Under the pieces are notes generated by a model. The model was not told where the DNA came from. It did not search any database and saw only the letters and a program-made list of their open reading frames with translations. Below are positions 57,240-64,000 of a stretch of 64,000 nucleotides of DNA, piece after piece; positions within the stretch are counted from its first letter, which is position 1, and every line of letters begins with the position of its first letter. The DNA comes from the human T2T-CHM13v2.0 reference genome, Homo sapiens. The DNA lies in assembly GCF_009914755.1 (NCBI RefSeq), contig NC_060932.1, one strand, 5' to 3'. Made by a program: the position numbers and the translations under genes.

Positions 57240-58780
57240 TAAATGTACCCCAACTAGGATTTTGCTCCTGCTACACTAACCAGCGCTACTCTTTGTCAAG
57301 TTCCACAATGTTACCTAATCTGATGGTCCATTATTTGTCTTCATCTTGTCTGCTAAGTCATTATCATTTAAACCAGTGGATTACTCTTGCCTCCTGGAAA
57401 CACTTTCACTACTTTGCTTCTGGAATACCACTTTTTAGTTTCCTTTTAGAAGTTGGCAACTGCTCAATCTACTCTGCTGCTTATCCCCTAACTTCCCAAC
57501 CACAAGCAGATTTACCATGGTGTTAACAAAATTCAAGCTTTGAAGTTCTCGATATGGATAGGACCCCTTCAAAACTTTGTACTTGATTATTTTAATTGCC
57601 TATTATTTTTATCAAAAAATAATGACCAAAATTATGAAGCTTCAAGCTCCATAAAACCTGGTTTTCATCCTGGTCAAACCCTTTTTTCTCTTACTTATTG
57701 GATAATCATATTCAGGCCCATGATTTTAGATGTCATCTGAACCTTGACGATTTTCAAATCTATATGTCCAGTCTGGACCTATTTACTGAGCTTCACACAT
57801 AGATATCAAACTGCCTACTCAATATTTCAAATGTAACGTCTCCAAAGCTAAACTTGTGGTTTTACATCCAGTCCTATTTGTATTCTCCATCACAGTAAGT
57901 AAAAACCTCAATTATTGATATGTCAGGTCAAAAATTTTGGCATAATCATTCATTGATCTCATTTTTTTCTACTCCACCTCTAATGCATCCACAGATACCA
58001 ATAGATCCTGTCAGCTCTAATGTCCAATTGCATTTTGAATCTTTCAATTCCTGCCCCCTGGGTCCGGCCACACTAGTCAGGCTGATTTCAGTTAACACTT
58101 GTTATTGAAATCACTTCTAACTGATCTTTTCCCTTCTACTTCCTGGGAGTTTATTCTAAAGCCAATAGTCAGAGCTACCCTCTCGAATTGTAAATTACAT
58201 CATTTCACACCTTGCTTCTGGTCAGTTAATTCTTTTTGAAACTTCCTTAAAGTGCAATTCAAACACTTTACAATAGTCCACAAGGTTCTACCTGTCCTGC
58301 CTACTCTCCTTCTACTTCTATGAGCTTATCTCTTATCCCTACTTATTATCTACTCTCTTATCTCTTCACTTCTGACCTCCTCACTCTTTTCTGAAAAATC
58401 CATGTAACTTTTGGCTCAAGGCTTATCCTATTTTTGCCTAAAAATTTCTTCTCCTAGAAAAACTCATAGCTAAAAACCTTACTTTGTCTTGGTCTCTGCT
58501 CCAATTTCACATTATCAGAGAACTCTCCCTTAAATTTTGTTATATTGGTTGGAGAAAAATACTCCCATGGCCAAAAGTACTCCTGTTCTTACCAAACTTT
58601 ATTTTGCCATAAAACAATCCCTACTGGAAATTATATATTATATATATTTATTTATCTATGTGTTGTAGTCTCCTATCAAAATGAAAGCACCATGTGCACA
58701 AGTACTGAATTGCAACTCCCTTACACAATATCTGGAGTGTAACACATACACATATAAAATTAATTTATTAATGACATATT
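57240..58780 (+). mobile_element. L2a-like LINE (RT end to 3' end), interrupted by MER96
   Basis: ctcctggaaacacttt, decayed YADD region catctgaaccttgacga, caaactgcctactcaatattt, pyrimidine-rich L2 body. Confidence 0.75.
57501..57672 (+). mobile_element. MER96-like non-autonomous hAT DNA transposon
   Basis: gcagatttaccatg...aagctt...ggaccccttc...caaaattatgaagcttcaagctccataaaacctgg...cctg matches MER96 as I recall it. Confidence 0.65.
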
Positions 58781-59191
58781 GTGATTAAGTATAATGAACA
58801 TATTCTGGGGTAAAGTACAAGTAGCTTATAGGTTTCACAGTAGCATTGGAGAAGAAATAAACAGAGATAGGCTAAACTTTTTGAGAACTTAGAATCTTTA
58901 GGTTGCTAATTTTCCAATATACCCACATATTCTAATAATTTGCTTAGAAAATAAATGGTCGCTCTTCTCATTGACATTTACTATTGACAAAACACTTGGC
59001 CCATGGGCATTTTCTTCAACACAGAAATAGGTATAGTTATTCAAGAAGACAAAAGTTTGTACACTTTTTCGACAACTTTGGTATTCCTGACCTGTTGCTT
59101 TTGATAAATGAATAGAAAATTAATAAACCTATTTTTGAGAACTAAACTGGAATGACTCAGGAAAGTACTGAGGGATCACGCCCATCTCTAG

Positions 59192-59563
<372 letters not shown>

Positions 59564-60034
59564 TGATGACTAATTTTAAAAGTTTTTTAATTGTTCACAG
59601 TGGAGAAATCCAAACTTCTGATGATTTTCAGTTATTAAAACATATTTATTTAACAAAAGTAAGTATATCTCTAGAAACTTAATTTTTAAAAAATGATTGC
59701 TAAAAGGATTTTTCAATATGGGCTTAGTTTCAAACTTTCTTTGAATATTGCTCTAGATTGAAATGAGGTTCCCTTACTTTGCTCACAGTATATATAACAT
59801 AATACACATTATTAACTTACTTATACTTGGTAATCAACATTTATTTTCTAAAACTAAACCACAGTTTTTTATATATCACATTGTGATTTACCTGAAAATA
59901 AATCTTCATTTCACTACTGCAAAATTATAATATGAAAGATAATATTTTAAATCTCTATACTGTTTTCACATTACCTTTATTCTTAATTCTATCTCACTGA
60001 TTAATAATAGGATATGTACTAAACAATCAAGGGA

Positions 60035-62539
60035 TAAATTTTCATAATTTTCTATATTCTGTCCTAGAATATAGATGTAGAAAGAGTAATTCTGAACTTG
60101 TATTATGAGGCCAAAATTACCTTAGCACCAAAATCAGATAGGGATATAATGAGAAAAAAAAAAACTATAGACAAATATCTTTCAAGAACATAGATAAAAA
60201 ATTCCTCAGCAAAATAATAGCAAACAGAATTCAATAATTTATAAAAAGATTATACACCATAACAATGTAGGTTTATCCCATGTATGCAAAGCTGCTTCAA
60301 TATTTGAAAAATCAATTAATGTAACCCATCACATCAACAGGCTGTAAAAGAAAAATCACATGATTATAACAATACATTTGGAAACTGTATTTGACAATAT
60401 CTAACACTTATTGTTGACAAAAAATAACAAACTCTCAGAAAACCAGGAACAAAGGGGAATCTTCTCAATTTGATAAAGTTCATCTTCAATGAAACTATAG
60501 CTAACATTATCACAATGGTGAGAAATTATTAAAACTTTTCTGCTAAGATCAGAAAAAAAGGTAAACATGTCTTATCTCACTAGTGCTTTTTAGCATCATA
60601 TTAGAAGTCCTAATTAATGTAATAAGACAAGAAAAGGAAATAAAATGTATGTAGGGTAGAAAGGAAGAAATAAAACTGACTTTGTTTATAGATGACATGA
60701 TTATTTATGTGGAAAATACAAAAGAACCAACAAAAACAACTCATAGAATTAATAATGATTATAGTAACATTGTAGAATACAAGATTAATGGACAAAAGTT
60801 GCTTTCCTATATACCAGCATTAAACAAGTGGAATTTAAAATTAAAAACACTTTATCATTTATATTAGCACCCCCAGGAAGAAAAGCCCTAGCTATAAATC
60901 TAAAAATAAAATATACATGATCTATATGACAAAAACTCCAAAACTCTGATGAAAGAAACAAACAAAAAAAGAATTAATAGAGATATCTTCCATGTTCATG
61001 GGTAGAAGGACTCAATATTGTCACAATGTCAATTTTTCCTGACTTAATCTACAAATTCAAAACAATTCTAATCAAAATATCAGAAAGATATTTTTGTGGA
61101 TATTGACAAACTGATGCTAAAATTTATATGGGAAGATAGAAGGCTCAAAATAATCAACATAATGTTGAAGAAAAAAACAGTGTTGAAAGACTGGTAGTAT
61201 TCAACTTCAAGACTTACTATAAAACTACAGTAATCAAAATAGTGTGGTATTAATGAAAAGCAAGACAAATGATTCAGTGGAGCATAGTAGGAAGATCAGT
61301 AAAAGACCCAACATTACCTTAATACCAAAATAATACAACTGATTTTTGAGAAAGGAACAAAGACAATACAATGGAGCAAAGATAGTCTTTTCAACAAACG
61401 ATGCTGGAACATCTGGATGGCCACCAGGGAAAAAATTTACCTAAACATAGACCCTACACTTTTCACAAAAAATAACTCAAAATGGTTAGTAGACTTATGT
61501 TTGTATAAAAACATAAAACCATAAAACTCCTAGAAGATAATAGAAAGTCTAACTGACCTTGGGTATGATCTTGGGTTAGATACAAAACCAATGCCTGGTC
61601 AATTAAATAAATAATTGATAAGTTGCACTTCATTAAAATTTAAAACTTGTTTTGTGAAAGAAAATGTCAAGAGAATGAGAAGATAAGCCACAGGCTTGGA
61701 GAAAATATTTATAAAAGATATATCTGATAAAAAAAATTATCCAAAAAGACACACAAAACTCTTGAAACTCAAAAAAATGAACAACCTAATTTTTAAAAAT
61801 GAGCCAAAGACATGAGGAGAAACGTTATCAAAAAATATATAAAGAGGGAAAATAAGCATATGAGATAATGTTCAACATCATATGTCATTAGGGAAAGGCA
61901 AATTTAAACAACAACAAGATACCATGACACACCTGTTAGAATAGCCAAAATCTAAGTCACTGACAACACCAAATACCATTGAGGATGTGGAGAAACGGGG
62001 ACTTCCATTTATTGCTATGGGAATGTGAAATGGTGCAGCCACTTAACTACAGTTTGGTAGTTTTTAAAAAAAAAAACAACTAAACCTACTCTTATCATAC
62101 TATCCAACATTCATGCTCCTTGATATTTACCCAAATGTGTTTGCCTACACAGAGATGTTTATAATAGCTTTATGCATAATTGACAGAATTTGGAAGCAAC
62201 ATGATGTTCCTCAGTAAGTGAATACATCTAGACAACTGCATATTATTTAGCAGTAAAAGACATATGCTATGAAACCTTTAAAGACATGGAGGAACCTTCA
62301 AATGCATATTAGTGAATGAAAGAAGCCAATCTGAAAAGATGACATAGTGTATGTTTCCAACTGTATGACATTGTGGAAAAAGGCAAAACAATAAAAAGAG
62401 TAAAAAGATCAGAAATGTACCACTCTGGTGCAATATGTTGATAGTTGGGGCAGGAGTAGGGGTATATGGGAACTCTTTGTACCTTCTGCTCAATGTTCTT
62501 GTAAAGCTATAACTTCTTAAAAAAAATCTGTTAAAAAAA
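60035..62539 (+). mobile_element. L1MC-type 5'-truncated LINE (decayed RT to 3' end)
   Basis: ttgtttatagatgacatgatt (FADD relic), gatagtcttttcaacaaacgatgctggaac, 3' end gggaactctttgtaccttctgctcaat. Confidence 0.88.
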
Positions 62540-62780
62540 TCCCAGGATAATCAGAAATGAGGTGCCTCAGAGATGTTTTCCCGAGGTCTAATTTGTTACC
62601 CCTTTTCTACGCTAAACACCCTATTGTAAGGTTGGAGTGATTGCATTTGTTTACTTTGATTTTATTCATGAGTTTAGTGTGTTGCTTTCTATGAAGTGTA
62701 TGTTGATGTAAAATGACTGTTTCTAATTTTCATTTGGAAGGCTGAGTATGATACCTGAATGTCAGTATTATAAAAATTGG

Positions 62781-63148
62781 TGTATTCCATTTCTAGGGTT
62801 TTCACAAGTTACTACAAAGTTGACGTACAAAAATATCCTCTCATAGTTCTGGAGCCTAAAAACCCAAAATCAAGAAGTCAGCAGGGTTGGTTTTTTCTGG
62901 AGGTTCTGAAGGAGAATCTGTTCAAGGCCTCTCTCCTATATTCTGGTGGCTGTCAGCCATCTTTAGTGTTCCTTGGCTTGGAGATGCATTGCTCCAATCT
63001 CTGCCTTCAGCTTCATGTGTCTCATCTTGAGATCTTTTGCTCAATTACATCTGCAAAAATCCTTTTCTAAATGAGCCAGATTCATTGATATTGGGGGTTA
63101 GGACTTAGACATACTTCTTTTTGAGAAGCCATCATTCAACCTACTACA
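62781..63148 (-). mobile_element. MLT1C-like solo LTR with an internal deletion
   Basis: ctcatagttctggag...gcagggttgg...ggagaatctgttc...ttccttggcttg...attacatctgcaaa...attcaacctactaca. Confidence 0.8.
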
Positions 63149-64000
63149 ATCAGTATTAATATCCTGTCCCACAATATGATATCAATATATTACTCTCTCC
63201 AAACAGCTTGCTTATATGACTATGCTTATGGGAGGAACAACAGCAACAACAAAAACACACAGTAAAATTAAAAAACATTTCTTTTCAAGCCAAGATTCTT
63301 TTTCCTTCCCTTGCACTCTTTTAAATTGAAAGAGTATACATTTTAAAATCAGAACAAACTAAAATAATATTTATGTTCATAAGATTTTTTTCACAGACAA
63401 GAATATCCTAATCATCTATATGGAATCATATATTTTATTTTTTGCCTTCCCCAAATTATACAAACTCATTATTTCACATTTATGTAAGTAATAAACTTTA
63501 GGATTTAATTAGACAAGCTGCATCACCACTATTATCTATTTCTCTTGGTTATCATTTTATACTTTATACATTTTTAACAATGACATCTCAGGAGTGCCCT
63601 ACTGTCAGGATTTCTATCATACCCTATTGTATTGTATTAGTCTTCTAGAAAACCCTCCTAAACTTCACATAATAATGGAAATTAACTATAAAATAAAAGG
63701 AAAAATTATCAAATATTCTTTGGCTCTAACTGTGCTTTTAAAAGTTACACTGGTAAGTAAATATCTCAGCAGAGTCATCATACAAACAGGGTTATAACTT
63801 AGTTTTGAGTTTAAATAATCGATTTTTTCTCTCTTTTTTTCTTATTCTACTTTTCAGCACTATCGCCATAATACAAGGCAGGAAAAGTATTAAATTCACT
63901 GTAGGAAATGAGCCTTCATTTTGTTCTTTTAAATAATAGGCTTATAACTATGCAGGACAAACCCTCCCTGACACTGACAACTTTAAAGCATCTCTCTCTC

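Overview
Primate (hominoid, most likely human) AT-rich, CpG-depleted, gene-poor DNA, intergenic or deep intronic. I can support no host protein-coding exon, RNA gene or CRISPR array. Nearly all long ORFs come from L1, THE1, Alu or microsatellites. Main content: a complete THE1B MaLR provirus (-) with an Alu inside; a full-length inactivated L1PA2-like element (+) whose antisense ORF0 is still open; an AluYc3 nested in another Alu; a 5'-inverted L1PA7-like insertion with a candidate 3' transduction, tail-to-tail with a full-length L1PA6-like element (-); many old L2, MIR, MLT, L1M and MER relics; an unexplained ~190-bp dispersed direct repeat; and several motif-dense unique blocks that may be enhancers. 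I did not find a convincing new biological system. The findings are locus-level retrotransposition oddities and regulatory hypotheses. Subfamily names come from my recall of consensus sequences and need RepeatMasker/Dfam confirmation.
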